The notes beneath the pieces are model-generated. The model saw only the letters and a program-made list of their open reading frames with translations. It was not told the DNA's origin and made no database searches. The position numbers and the translations under genes are program-made. Positions 19,089 to 28,901 of a stretch of 64,000 bases of DNA are shown here, in pieces. Numbering within the stretch: position 1 is the stretch's first letter; each line of letters starts with the position of its first letter. The stretch is taken from sequence record MT995927.1; one strand, given 5' to 3'.

Positions 19089-21122
19089 ATGAATCTTAAT
19101 CGTTATAAAGCGCGTGATCTTCTAAATCTAAGTTATGATGATTTATGGTCACTCCCTTCAGAATGGCATCTAATCGAATTTGATGATGGAAAAACGGTTG
19201 TGTCAGTTGATCGTATCACCAAATTATCCGTTCTGTGTTGGTATCCTCTTAAACATTATAAAGATTGCCCAATCCCATCTGATCACCATATCGATTTCAA
19301 TCGCATCTTAACTGATAACCCTAAAGATTATCTAAATGTTGAAGGTGGCCGAGTAACATCTAAGGCCATGGTTAAGCATTTAAATAAGGCTATTTGGAAC
19401 ATCTATGATTGGTCAGGTGAAACAGTAGATCCTGAAGTATTATCTAAACTGGCTATTGAAGGTAAGAACTGGCTGTATAATCAGACCACTGTGAAACTGT
19501 CTGAATATCTAGCGACCTTGTCAATGTTTGATATTGCTGAAGTATATAATCATCCCAAGGTACGTGAGGCTAACCATAATATCGAACCAACTACTTATGG
19601 TATCGAAAAAATTAGTTATGGTAAAGTCAAAGAAGTATTTAATGATCCTACCCAATTCATTGGTAATAGCATCATTGAAGGTCTTCGTTCTGGTACTCAG
19701 AAAACTGAACAGCTTCTACAGGCATTTGCTTGGCGGGGTTTTCCAACTGATATCAACTCAGACATCTTTAAATATCCGGTAACGACTGGCTATATTGATG
19801 GTATTTGGAATCTGTATGAGAATATGATTGAATCTCGTTCAGGTACTAAAGCACTACTATATAACAAAGAACTACTGCGAGTAACTGAATACTTTAACCG
19901 GAAATCTCAACTTATTGCACAATATGTCCAAAGGCTACATCCTGGTGATTGTAAGACTACAATCTTAGCTGAGTATCCTGTAACTAAGTTAACTTTAAAA
20001 GCATTCAAAGGAAAATATTATCAAAAAGAAGATGGTAAACTAGACTGGATCCGTGGAAATGAAACACACCTAATTGGAACTAAACAGAAATTCAGGTCTG
20101 TATTTGGATGCAATCATCCAGATAGCCAGGGTATCTGTATGACTTGTTATGGCCGACTAGGAATCAATATTCCAAAAGGAACTAATATCGGTCAGGTTGC
20201 AGCTGTATCGATGGGGGATAAAATTACTTCAGCAGTATTATCTACTAAGCATACCGATGCATCTTCTGCTGTAGAACAATATAAACTTGGTAAAATTGAA
20301 AGCAATTATTTAAGAACAGGTGAAATCCCAGAGACACTATATCTAAAGAAAGAACTTACTCAGAAGGATTATCGTTTAGTAATCGCACGGTCAGAGGCAG
20401 AAAACCTTGCTGACATTTTAATGATTGATGACCTTACTGCATATCCAGCTACTTCAGCTACTGAACTAACCAGCCTGGCCCTAGTCTATGATGATGAGGT
20501 GAATGGTGAGTGTGGCGATGTTCTGACAGTATCACTGTATAACCGTAGGGCTAGTCTATCTATTGAAATGCTAAAGCATATTAAGATGGTCCGTTGGGAA
20601 CTAGATCAGCGAGACAATATCGTCATTAGTCTTCGTGGTTTTGATTTTAACCTACCATTCTTGACGCTACCAAATAAGCACGTAAACATGTATGAAGTAA
20701 TGAAACGATTCCAAAGTTTCTTACATTCCGGTAGTGACTCAGCCGAGGCAGGTAAACTAAGCACTGAGAAAGTTGGATATACGTCTAAAACGTATCTTAA
20801 AAACTACAAGTCACCAATTGAAGCACTACCTGTATTTGCAACAATGGCTAATGAAAAGATTAGCCTTAATATTTCCCATTGTGAGATCTTGATATACGCT
20901 ATGATGATCCGTTCAGCTCAATATCGAGACTATCGCTTACCTAAACCCGGTATTAATGGCCAATTTGAAAAATATAATAGGCTAATGCAATGTCGTAGTT
21001 TAGGTGGTGCGATGGCTTTCGAAAAGCAGCATGAGCCACTAAATAACCCAGGCAGTTTCCTTAACAAGATGAGGAATGACCATCCATATGACTTACTAGT
21101 TAAAGGTGGTAAACTGCGATAG
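19089..21122 (+). CDS. nvRNAP beta-prime C-terminal subunit (phiKZ gp74-like)
   Basis: SGTQK, DCKT, CNHP...ICMTCYG Zn site and STKH trigger-loop region. Confidence 0.9.
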   Translation: MNLNRYKARDLLNLSYDDLWSLPSEWHLIEFDDGKTVVSVDRITKLSVLCWYPLKHYKDCPIPSDHHIDFNRILTDNPKDYLNVEGGRVTSKAMVKHLNKAIWNIYDWSGETVDPEVLSKLAIEGKNWLYNQTTVKLSEYLATLSMFDIAEVYNHPKVREANHNIEPTTYGIEKISYGKVKEVFNDPTQFIGNSIIEGLRSGTQKTEQLLQAFAWRGFPTDINSDIFKYPVTTGYIDGIWNLYENMIESRSGTKALLYNKELLRVTEYFNRKSQLIAQYVQRLHPGDCKTTILAEYPVTKLTLKAFKGKYYQKEDGKLDWIRGNETHLIGTKQKFRSVFGCNHPDSQGICMTCYGRLGINIPKGTNIGQVAAVSMGDKITSAVLSTKHTDASSAVEQYKLGKIESNYLRTGEIPETLYLKKELTQKDYRLVIARSEAENLADILMIDDLTAYPATSATELTSLALVYDDEVNGECGDVLTVSLYNRRASLSIEMLKHIKMVRWELDQRDNIVISLRGFDFNLPFLTLPNKHVNMYEVMKRFQSFLHSGSDSAEAGKLSTEKVGYTSKTYLKNYKSPIEALPVFATMANEKISLNISHCEILIYAMMIRSAQYRDYRLPKPGINGQFEKYNRLMQCRSLGGAMAFEKQHEPLNNPGSFLNKMRNDHPYDLLVKGGKLR

Positions 21123-21180
21123 ACGTGGAGGACGTGAGGTTTGGGGAGCACTGCTCCCCTTACCGATCGTTGATTTTTTT

Positions 21181-22719
21181 ATGAAACCGATTCTTACAGC
21201 AGAACGATACACCCATGGTGTTCGTTTATCCGGTTACGATCGGGAAACATACTTAAAGATGACTGGATATCTTAATAAACTGGTTTTAAAAGAACCTAAG
21301 AAGATACCTGGTCAACGCACCATAATGGAAATAAAGAAAAAATATTATGGTGAAACAGAAGATGGTAAATCTGTATTCATCCATCGTGAATGTCTTCAAG
21401 AACTTATTAATTATTTGGCCGATAAGAATATACCATCTACTAGAATTGAAATTGTAGATATTCCTGTACCAACAGCTGTTAAAGTAGATTATACTTTATT
21501 TGAACATTATGTTCTAAGGGATTATCAGGAAACCATCCGCGAAGATATTCTAAGACCACATTTACATTCAGCACGTGTTGATTTACAGACTGGTAAAGGT
21601 AAAACCTTAACTAGTTTAGCTTCAGTTGCAGTAATGAAAGAACGTGGTGTTGTTATGATTCCACCTAAATATTTCGGTATTTGGGAAAAAGCATTAAAAG
21701 AAACATTTGTTGGTTATGAAGATCAGCTAGGTATAAAATATTTAAAAGTATCTGGATCTGCTGAGTTACAGAATCTAATTAATCGCGGACTAGAGAATGA
21801 TTTAGAAGGTGTTGAAATTATTCTCATTAGTTCTACAACATACCGTGCATATATCGATACTTTTGAACGATTAGGTGAAAAAATCGATGTAGTTGGATTT
21901 AATGTACCACCACCTAGATTCCATGAGGTTATTGGAGCAGGTTGGCAGATCAATGATGAGATTCAAGAAGATCCAGGATTAGTATTTCGTACTGATCTAT
22001 ACACCAATGTCAATAAACAAATCTATTTATCAGCTACTCCATACACTGGTAATCAGTTTGTTACTAAAATGATTGATGTCATGCTACCTGCTACTACAAA
22101 GTGTAGGTTACCTGCATATGACTCATACATCAATGTTATTGGCTTGTTGTATAGTGAACCAACTATTAAACCTAAGGACTATTTAACTCCATTTAAAAAT
22201 ACATATAACCATGCTCGTTATGAAACAGTAATGATGAAGAATCCTAGGCGACTAGACTTCTATCTAAAGATGGTTAAACGTATTGTAGATGGTGTTTATA
22301 TAAAGGATCGTATTGAAGGTCAGAAATGTTTGCTATTATGCGCGACTGTAAACTTTATCGATGTACTGACAGATTATCTTAAGAAACAATATCCAGATCT
22401 TCAGATTAATAGACATGTTTCGGGTAGTCCGTATGATAGATTAATGACTAATGACATCACTGTATCAACTATTAAATCATCTGGTACTGGTGTTGATATT
22501 AGGAATTTAAGGGAAGTTATTCTATTACAAGCAACTGACTCTAAAAAGGACAGCATCCAAATTCTTGGACGACTAAGACCATTGAAGAACTGGCCTGATG
22601 TAATACCAAGGTTAACATTCATGGTTTGTAATAACATACCTCATCATTGCAGATACGCCAGAAATAAAGAAAATCATTTCATGGGTAAAACTAAAAGTAT
22701 GCGCATGATGCGTTTATAG
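21181..22719 (+). CDS. SF2 DNA/RNA helicase (gp75-like)
   Basis: Walker A LQTGKGKT, motif II DEIQ, motif III SATP, motif VI QILGRLR. Confidence 0.85.
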   Translation: MKPILTAERYTHGVRLSGYDRETYLKMTGYLNKLVLKEPKKIPGQRTIMEIKKKYYGETEDGKSVFIHRECLQELINYLADKNIPSTRIEIVDIPVPTAVKVDYTLFEHYVLRDYQETIREDILRPHLHSARVDLQTGKGKTLTSLASVAVMKERGVVMIPPKYFGIWEKALKETFVGYEDQLGIKYLKVSGSAELQNLINRGLENDLEGVEIILISSTTYRAYIDTFERLGEKIDVVGFNVPPPRFHEVIGAGWQINDEIQEDPGLVFRTDLYTNVNKQIYLSATPYTGNQFVTKMIDVMLPATTKCRLPAYDSYINVIGLLYSEPTIKPKDYLTPFKNTYNHARYETVMMKNPRRLDFYLKMVKRIVDGVYIKDRIEGQKCLLLCATVNFIDVLTDYLKKQYPDLQINRHVSGSPYDRLMTNDITVSTIKSSGTGVDIRNLREVILLQATDSKKDSIQILGRLRPLKNWPDVIPRLTFMVCNNIPHHCRYARNKENHFMGKTKSMRMMRL

Positions 22720-22726
22720 TAAATGG

Positions 22727-22771
22727 CATAAATGATCCCTCCCTTAGTTGGGAGGGATTATGCTTTTTTTT
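22727..22771 (+). terminator. Intrinsic terminator
   Basis: ATCCCTCCC-TTAGTT-GGGAGGGAT stem flanked by CATAA/TTATG, then a T tract. Confidence 0.85.
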
Positions 22772-22791
22772 ATTTTTTGCATTCAAATCTT

Positions 22792-22808
22792 TTTAAAAGG
22801 TATATTAC
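22792..22808 (+). promoter_or_regulatory. Early promoter
   Basis: TTTAAAAGGTATATTAC. Confidence 0.8.
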
Positions 22809-22837
22809 AAATGTGTTAAAACTATAGGGTATTTACA

Positions 22838-22903
22838 ATGAAGAAAAAATTGATTATGATTACAATTGTAGTTATAGCTTATAAACTATGGGAGTGGAAA
22901 TAA
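22838..22903 (+). CDS. 21-aa hydrophobic microprotein MKKKLIMITIVVIAYKLWEWK
   Basis: First ORF after the early promoter; its TAA overlaps the next ATG (TAATG). Confidence 0.55.
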   Translation: MKKKLIMITIVVIAYKLWEWK

Positions 22904-23160
22904 TGTATACAGTTGATCAGATCTTTGGTGCAACATGGCTTCTAGTCAGCACTTTGATCTTAGTTGATATTCTTCTAACATGCATGCTGCTATTTATTAT
23001 TAAAACATATCTTGAGTTTAAAGATATCTTTAATAAAAGTGCATGTCAGTACGCTATGCTTTTCCTCTCCGTAAGCATTGTATTAGTTACTATATGGGTA
23101 AGTACTATTGTTAGTTGCTGGACTAACTATTCACTGACATGTACAACCTATCTATTTTGA
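22903..23160 (+). CDS. Small membrane protein, 85 aa, two TM helices
   Basis: TAATG coupling; two long hydrophobic runs. Confidence 0.7.
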   Translation: MYTVDQIFGATWLLVSTLILVDILLTCMLLFIIKTYLEFKDIFNKSACQYAMLFLSVSIVLVTIWVSTIVSCWTNYSLTCTTYLF

Positions 23161-23172
23161 TGAGGTGTCTAT

Positions 23173-23364
23173 ATGGCTCGGGTATTGTTATTTCTGATAC
23201 CACTATTAATTGCATTTAGTGGATTAATAACCTCAATTATATTTCTTGCTGCTGCTAAAACAATCAAACAAAAAACAATTATTATAGGTGGTTTGATTTG
23301 CAGCATGTTTACCCTTATGTTAGGGTTGTGGTTATTTAATATGATTATCATGCATATTAAATAG
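23173..23364 (+). CDS. Small membrane protein, 63 aa, two TM helices
   Basis: SD GAGGT; hydrophobic-KTIKQK-hydrophobic pattern. Confidence 0.75.
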   Translation: MARVLLFLIPLLIAFSGLITSIIFLAAAKTIKQKTIIIGGLICSMFTLMLGLWLFNMIIMHIK

Positions 23365-23419
23365 ACATGCTATGAAAGAACAATTGATCATTGTTCTCTA
23401 ATAATAAGAGCATCCCACT

Positions 23420-23614
23420 ATGGTCTTTTTGTGTCAACTTATAGTAATAGCCCTTGTGGCTAGTATGGGATATAAATGTTATCAGATTTATCTTTATGTC
23501 AAGTTTGACTTAGATAAAGATAGTATTAAATCCCGGTATGTTCGCCAAAAGACACTGCTTGTTGTTTTATATGGCTTCTTTGCTTTATTTCCATTAGGAT
23601 ATCTGATGGTTTAA
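23420..23614 (+). CDS. Small membrane protein, 64 aa, two TM helices
   Basis: Hydrophobic N- and C-terminal segments. Confidence 0.65.
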   Translation: MVFLCQLIVIALVASMGYKCYQIYLYVKFDLDKDSIKSRYVRQKTLLVVLYGFFALFPLGYLMV

Positions 23615-23617
23615 TAA

Positions 23618-23653
23618 ATATTACCCCGCCTTTTATTGGTGGGGTAATATGCC
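23618..23653 (+). terminator. Hairpin / putative terminator
   Basis: ATATTACCCCGCC...GGTGGGGTAATAT. Confidence 0.65.
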
Positions 23654-23709
23654 ATCTTTATATCAAAAGACTTTTGAATATCATATCCCATCCTGATAAG
23701 GAGTAGACC

Positions 23710-23853
23710 ATGCAAGTACGAATTGAGGTAATCAATAGTGAGGGCGATCTGGATATCGAAGAACGGATTGATATCCGCCCAATGAAAGGGTTAACGGCCT
23801 GGATGGTCGTTCTAGCTATCAAAGGTCTTGTAACTAGCTTTGCACGTAAGTAA
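23710..23853 (+). CDS. 47-aa protein MQVRIEVINSEGDLDIEERIDIRPMKGLTAWMVVLAIKGLVTSFARK
   Basis: SD TAAGGAG; hydrophobic C-terminal helix; not in the ORF track. Confidence 0.7.
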   Translation: MQVRIEVINSEGDLDIEERIDIRPMKGLTAWMVVLAIKGLVTSFARK

Positions 23854-23858
23854 GGCGA

Positions 23859-23905
23859 CATAAACCCCTCTCCACATGGAGAGGGGCCTGTCTTTATTTT
23901 TTTTT
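23859..23905. terminator. Bidirectional terminator
   Basis: CCCCTCTCCA-CA-TGGAGAGGGG between convergent genes, with a T tract. Confidence 0.75.
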
Positions 23906-24401
23906 ATTTAGTTAATGGCTTGTTTAATTCATTTAACTGGTTATTGTTATTAACAGCTTCATTATGGGTAATATTTCTACATAATTCAATTATGTATTCT
24001 ACCTCAGAATAAGCTAATTCAAAGAATTCAGTTAATGACATATTAGATAAGCTACCTACTTTATACTTGAAGAAATCTCTAGTCAGTCTCCTTCTCAACC
24101 CACCTTCGATAAAATCCTCTTTAGGATTCACCTTATTTAACCACATGGGTCCGTTTTCTGGTGAACCGATATCATAATCAAGTAGATATGCTTCTCTTGT
24201 TAAACGTGCTGCTGTAGACGGTCTTACTGCCCCTACTGTCGATAATAGTCTATCTAAGTGTGTATCATCTTCAGTTAACTTATCATAACCAAAGTTTGGA
24301 TGTAGGATGTGGCCACTATCTTCCTTGAAAGTGGCCTCAAGACGACTATATCTCAGATCATTAACTACACCATCCGGTTTGACTTCGAGGCCGCCAAAGT
24401 A
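23904..24401 (-). CDS. -1-frame extension (165 aa) of the gp77-like gene; T4 gp51 / tail chaperone GT-like C-terminal part
   Basis: Frame is open 24419 to 23904 with no ATG/GTG/TTG for 91 codons above 24146; entered by a -1 slip at the A7 run. Confidence 0.65.
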   Translation of the reverse strand, partial: YFGGLEVKPDGVVNDLRYSRLEATFKEDSGHILHPNFGYDKLTEDDTHLDRLLSTVGAVRPSTAARLTREAYLLDYDIGSPENGPMWLNKVNPKEDFIEGGLRRRLTRDFFKYKVGSLSNMSLTEFFELAYSEVEYIIELCRNITHNEAVNNNNQLNELNKPLTK

Positions 24402-25966
24402 AAAAAAGTTGACAGCATGTCAATAGGGATTAGGTGTGGGAAACGTTCTTTAAATTTAGTAGCGGCAGGTGACTCACATACTGGGCAATTCCAACTTGTA
24501 ATTGCAATCATACCAATTAGTTGTGAATCAATGAAGTTACTTACCGCATTAATAAAGCGATCATTATATTCCGGTGTGGATAGAATATTAGTTAAGAACT
24601 TTTCAATAGTTTCACGGTTAGTAGTTGCAGTGCGGATATTATCCTCAGAACTTTCACCATCATCATCTTCACGTACTTTAATCTCTTTAACAAAATGTGA
24701 GAACTGACGGGCAATAGAGATCTTTTGTAAACGTGCAATATACTGAGAACGTTGCGGTCCATCAACTGGTTCATTAAAACTACCTTGAGTCATATCGATA
24801 ATTGAGTTAATCCAACTATCACCAGACTCTCGGCGGTCAGCAATTGTGCACATCTCAAGAACAACACCAACGTCACCAAACATTTCAGTTACTTGAGTTT
24901 CAATACGGAATCCTTCTTTATAAGTCTTAAGATCAGATTCAGTACATGCATTAAACTTACGTGCAATATATTTCTTTTGTTCTTCTGAGAATGCCAGTAG
25001 ATCATATTGAACAAGCGTTGACATATTAAGTTTCGCTGTTTCAATATGGTTACATGTATTGGCATCTGCAATACATGGATAACTATAATTAAATCCATCT
25101 GGATACATAGTCGCTGCTAGTGCATGATGTAAGAATGGTTCATCAGCTACTGAGATAACATGCTCTAGGTCAGTTGGAGTGTTGAACTTATAGTTGGATT
25201 GAATAACACATGCAAGTGCTAAACTACTAACCATGTTAAGTAACACAGCTGCCATGTTTGAGAACAGCATACCTTTTGATTCAGCACCTAGTCGGATCTT
25301 TAATTGTGCTAGACGTGCTTGTAGGGCAGCTACTTCAGTACCAGTAGGTGCACGTAGTTTTACCCAAATACCTGAATGAGGTAGGAAAGTATCATATGGC
25401 GTACCGATGTTAGCTTTACGTGTTAGGAAAACTAGAGTTTCATCATCGGTCATTTTACGACCATTGGTATTAAATACAGGTCGGCCTGGGCGAATGATCT
25501 TTTCACCATAAGGAATTTCACTAGACCATTCAGAACCTTCTCGGGCAGTTGCACCGATTGGTGCATCTTCAACAATAGAGTGAGCTAAGCCTTCCAGAAT
25601 AGCAGCTGTCCACTTTACACCGTCACTAGTGTCATCTATTTTATTATCAGCAAATGCTTTAAATAGTTCTTTATTGTGATCCAGGAAATTATAAACAGTC
25701 TGGGGGTTCTCACGTAGCAAAGTAAGAATGCTAGCACTGTCTTTAATAGCCGGTTCAGAAGCATCCCGAATATTTCCAGTTTTAGCATTACGTGGAATAC
25801 GTAGTTTAATTTCTTTTTGATCAGAAACGAAAGGTGGAGTTTCCACCTCGTCATTATTTTCAATACTAGAGTCAGGATCGTGTTGCGCATTGATCTCATC
25901 AATTTGATCTAGTAAATTCTCTTCTGGAGTATCATCGTACTCATTATCGAAGTCAGCAGTAGCCAT
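24365..25966 (-). CDS. Putative tail/baseplate assembly chaperone, T4 gp26-like (gp77-like), 533 aa
   Basis: C-terminal CPVC followed by ...STFF, like the CxxC...dFF end of T4 gp26 family proteins; family call is inference. Confidence 0.6.
   Translation of the reverse strand: MATADFDNEYDDTPEENLLDQIDEINAQHDPDSSIENNDEVETPPFVSDQKEIKLRIPRNAKTGNIRDASEPAIKDSASILTLLRENPQTVYNFLDHNKELFKAFADNKIDDTSDGVKWTAAILEGLAHSIVEDAPIGATAREGSEWSSEIPYGEKIIRPGRPVFNTNGRKMTDDETLVFLTRKANIGTPYDTFLPHSGIWVKLRAPTGTEVAALQARLAQLKIRLGAESKGMLFSNMAAVLLNMVSSLALACVIQSNYKFNTPTDLEHVISVADEPFLHHALAATMYPDGFNYSYPCIADANTCNHIETAKLNMSTLVQYDLLAFSEEQKKYIARKFNACTESDLKTYKEGFRIETQVTEMFGDVGVVLEMCTIADRRESGDSWINSIIDMTQGSFNEPVDGPQRSQYIARLQKISIARQFSHFVKEIKVREDDDGESSEDNIRTATTNRETIEKFLTNILSTPEYNDRFINAVSNFIDSQLIGMIAITSWNCPVCESPAATKFKERFPHLIPIDMLSTFFTLAASKSNRMV
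24401..24407 (-). promoter_or_regulatory. Putative -1 ribosomal frameshift slippery site U_UUU_UUU
   Basis: XXXYYYZ heptamer in the correct phase (codons F521-F522); 8-bp stem begins 8 nt downstream. Confidence 0.65.
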
Positions 25967-25977
25967 TTAAAACTCCA

Positions 25978-26472
25978 TTATTGTTGAATTAGTTTTTCGT
26001 CCCAACCAGCTTCTCGAAGAGTGCCGATCATCGCTAGGATTACACCATCAATACCGCGTTCAATAGCACCTTCAATACCAGTGTATTTAGTAACGAGTTC
26101 ACTGATGAGTTTTAGTTCATCTTCATTATTTGCTGGACCAGCCTTACCTTGATGTTGTGCATATAGGACACTGATAATTTTAGTTAGTCGATTAAGGTCA
26201 GCAATAACTGTTTGTAGGTTCTTTTGGAATCCAGTAGGATCAGATAACGTCGGAATGATTTCATTGATCTTATTGATAACTGGATTAATGAATACTTCAG
26301 TTTGTAGAATACGCTTACCTATAGAACCTGCTAGTACATTGACAACATCCCAACCATCACGGTTAAGAATATGATCAGCTGCCGCAGCTGATGCTCCAAC
26401 AGCACGTTCAAATAGACGTAGAGTCTTTTCCTGTTCTTTAGTTAGAGTTGGTTCTTTAGCTTTATTTGACAT
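25978..26472 (-). CDS. Conserved hypothetical protein, 164 aa
   Basis: SD GGAG; co-oriented with the gp77-like gene. Confidence 0.8.
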   Translation of the reverse strand: MSNKAKEPTLTKEQEKTLRLFERAVGASAAAADHILNRDGWDVVNVLAGSIGKRILQTEVFINPVINKINEIIPTLSDPTGFQKNLQTVIADLNRLTKIISVLYAQHQGKAGPANNEDELKLISELVTKYTGIEGAIERGIDGVILAMIGTLREAGWDEKLIQQ

Positions 26473-26645
26473 CTTGTTATACTCCGATAGAGGCTTAATT
26501 TAATATTTGCCAATATAAATTGACAAATGAAAAAAAAATGATTAGTTCAACATATATTTAACACATTTGGTAATTTTACACTATATTAAAGAATAACTAT
26601 CTGTCCAACCCTATGTTAATAATTCCGTATAAAAAGGATATCGTC

Positions 26646-27503
26646 ATGAAAGATTTCATTGATAGTTATCTTACGCCTCTTATACATGAAGAGCGTAAAG
26701 AAGTTATCCTAGACTGTGTAGCATCTTTTGAAAAGATCAATTATGTTGCAGCTCTAGATGAACTAAATACAGTATGTCAGATTCAATCAGGTATCTCAGA
26801 TAATGCAATGCTTCTTTCTCGCATTGATGATATCATTCGCATTGCACAAGATGAAATTCTAAATGAACATCTTATTAAAATTAGTGATGAAGCAACTCAG
26901 GCTGAACGGCAAGCTGTTGTTAATACACTCCTTAGTTTAGAAGATTACATTATTCCAGATGAAGTGAATGATATTCTGTTAGCCGAATATTCACCCGAAG
27001 AGACGTTAGCACATCTGGTAGAACTTATCGATACAAGTGTAGATTTCTTAAATATCATTGACTTAATTGAAAGTGTATCACCAACACTTATTAGTAATAT
27101 TACATCATTTATTCAGTCAGTACTTACTACCCGTGGTCAAGCATATGGGAATGTAAGTAATGTCGAACGGATTAATTTAATTAATCGCCTTATTCGTATT
27201 CATACGCGCGCATCATTTAAGTTAGCTATGGAACTAGTTAATGCAGGATTACGTGTTGGTAAAAGGAATATTGATGATCTATTACAAATTTCATTTGGCC
27301 CATTAGATGCTATGACGCCTATTGAAGTTGCTAAAGAAATTGTCGGATTGGTATTAATTTCAAATACTGAACAGAATGAAATTAGTAGAACGGTAATGAG
27401 TATTATAGATGATTTCACATCTAACAATATTGAACGATCTATTATGGAAAATGAAGCTAAAAAGATTTTAAATAGCATAGGTGATACTAATGAAATTACG
27501 TGA
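26646..27503 (+). CDS. Conserved hypothetical protein, ~285 aa (gp79-like)
   Basis: SD AAGGA before ATG 26646. Confidence 0.8.
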   Translation: MKDFIDSYLTPLIHEERKEVILDCVASFEKINYVAALDELNTVCQIQSGISDNAMLLSRIDDIIRIAQDEILNEHLIKISDEATQAERQAVVNTLLSLEDYIIPDEVNDILLAEYSPEETLAHLVELIDTSVDFLNIIDLIESVSPTLISNITSFIQSVLTTRGQAYGNVSNVERINLINRLIRIHTRASFKLAMELVNAGLRVGKRNIDDLLQISFGPLDAMTPIEVAKEIVGLVLISNTEQNEISRTVMSIIDDFTSNNIERSIMENEAKKILNSIGDTNEIT

Positions 27504-28839
27504 TTATTTTCTAATGGGTATCAATGCTGGATTAGATAAGAAACGAGCATGGGTTAACGTTTTATTTAATATCGTTTATAACCCAAATGATGGTGGTGAA
27601 TATCTATACAAGCCATATTTCAAAGATGGTAAAATGTTCTTCTATAAAGAAGGCGATTCTAATGATGAAGTTGTTTATATCGACGATTATATTGAAGGTA
27701 AACAACCATTAGCATTTCGAGATGAATTCATTTTACAACCTGGTGAAATTGAAAACTATAAAGGACCAGGTGCATTAAGAACAACTTATGGTAACGTTTT
27801 TGTTAACCATTTAGTATTATGTTTACCTTTTGGTGATCTGTTCCCATTCCAATCTGGTTATTTCGATATTGGTAAAGTTGAGAAAGAAATTCTTAACCGC
27901 ATGATCGATGATCCAATTGATGATGATAATCCACCGCGTGCAACTGATGGTAAGTTATATGTATGGCAATATCGGATGTTTGCAGATCATTGTTTAGCAT
28001 TGCCAGCATATGCTAGTACCTTGGTAACATCCATTACTGAGAAATCAATGACCTCTGCACCAGACAGAGATAAGTTACGCAAAGAACTAGAAGAGAAATA
28101 TAAAGATCGGTTAGATGATCCGGCTGTTATTGCAGAGATGGGTAATGCATTAATCAAGCTAGATGAGGACTATCTAAAAGACGATCCTTCTTATGAGTTC
28201 TATGACACTAAACATAGTAAATTATTTGGTGGCGTGCGTAAGAAAGTATTTGGTATGTTTGGTGGGGAAGCACCATTCCAAGATGGTACATCAGTTGAAT
28301 ATATCGGTAAATCATTGGAAGAAGGCATTGACACTGACCATATGCCAGTAATGAATAACTCATTACGTTATGGCTCATATAACCGTGGTGCACAAACAGC
28401 CCTTGGCGGTGAGTCAACTAAAACGATTTATCGAATGGTTGGTACAGTCAGGATTATTATGGAAGACTGCAATACATGGATAGGTATTCCAACCACTGTT
28501 CATCAATTTAATAAGAAAGATTTCATTGGCTTGTCTTATGTTAAGAATGGGAAATCTATCCTTATTGAAGAAACTAATATTGATGAACTAGTTGGCACTG
28601 AGATTGAACTACGTGGTCCAATGACATGTAAGGCCGGTGGTGATCCAGCTAATGGTGTAATAGGTAGAGGTAAGAACGTATGCGCTGTCTGTATGGGTAA
28701 ACAAATGTCAGAGAACCCCAATGGCATACCGGCAGCGGCAGCAGGTGTTGGTGGTCGATTCCTATCCATCTTCATGTCTAAAATGCACAGTGCTGTTCTT
28801 AAGACTGTTAAATGGTCTTATCGCGATCGCATCAGTTAA
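27490..28839 (+). CDS. Virion RNAP beta-prime C-terminal subunit (phiKZ gp80-like)
   Basis: GGESTK, DCNT, CKA...VCAVCMG Zn site and MSKMH trigger-loop equivalent. Confidence 0.85.
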   Translation: MKLRDYFLMGINAGLDKKRAWVNVLFNIVYNPNDGGEYLYKPYFKDGKMFFYKEGDSNDEVVYIDDYIEGKQPLAFRDEFILQPGEIENYKGPGALRTTYGNVFVNHLVLCLPFGDLFPFQSGYFDIGKVEKEILNRMIDDPIDDDNPPRATDGKLYVWQYRMFADHCLALPAYASTLVTSITEKSMTSAPDRDKLRKELEEKYKDRLDDPAVIAEMGNALIKLDEDYLKDDPSYEFYDTKHSKLFGGVRKKVFGMFGGEAPFQDGTSVEYIGKSLEEGIDTDHMPVMNNSLRYGSYNRGAQTALGGESTKTIYRMVGTVRIIMEDCNTWIGIPTTVHQFNKKDFIGLSYVKNGKSILIEETNIDELVGTEIELRGPMTCKAGGDPANGVIGRGKNVCAVCMGKQMSENPNGIPAAAAGVGGRFLSIFMSKMHSAVLKTVKWSYRDRIS

Positions 28840-28844
28840 AATAG

Positions 28845-28875
28845 ATGGAGAAGTTACTCAGCTTCTCCATTATTT
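28845..28875 (+). terminator. Hairpin / putative terminator
   Basis: ATGGAGAAG...CTTCTCCAT followed by TATTT. Confidence 0.6.
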
Positions 28876-28901
28876 AGATTATAACCCGAAAGGAACTAGT
28901 A

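Noticed and set aside
21143-21159. GGGGAGCA-C-TGCTCCCC hairpin before the helicase
   Set aside because: Probably a weak terminator or processing site with no adjacent U-tract; not enough to call.
24309-24707. 132-aa plus-strand ORF
   Set aside because: It is antisense to the chaperone gene and its frameshift region, with no SD or promoter.
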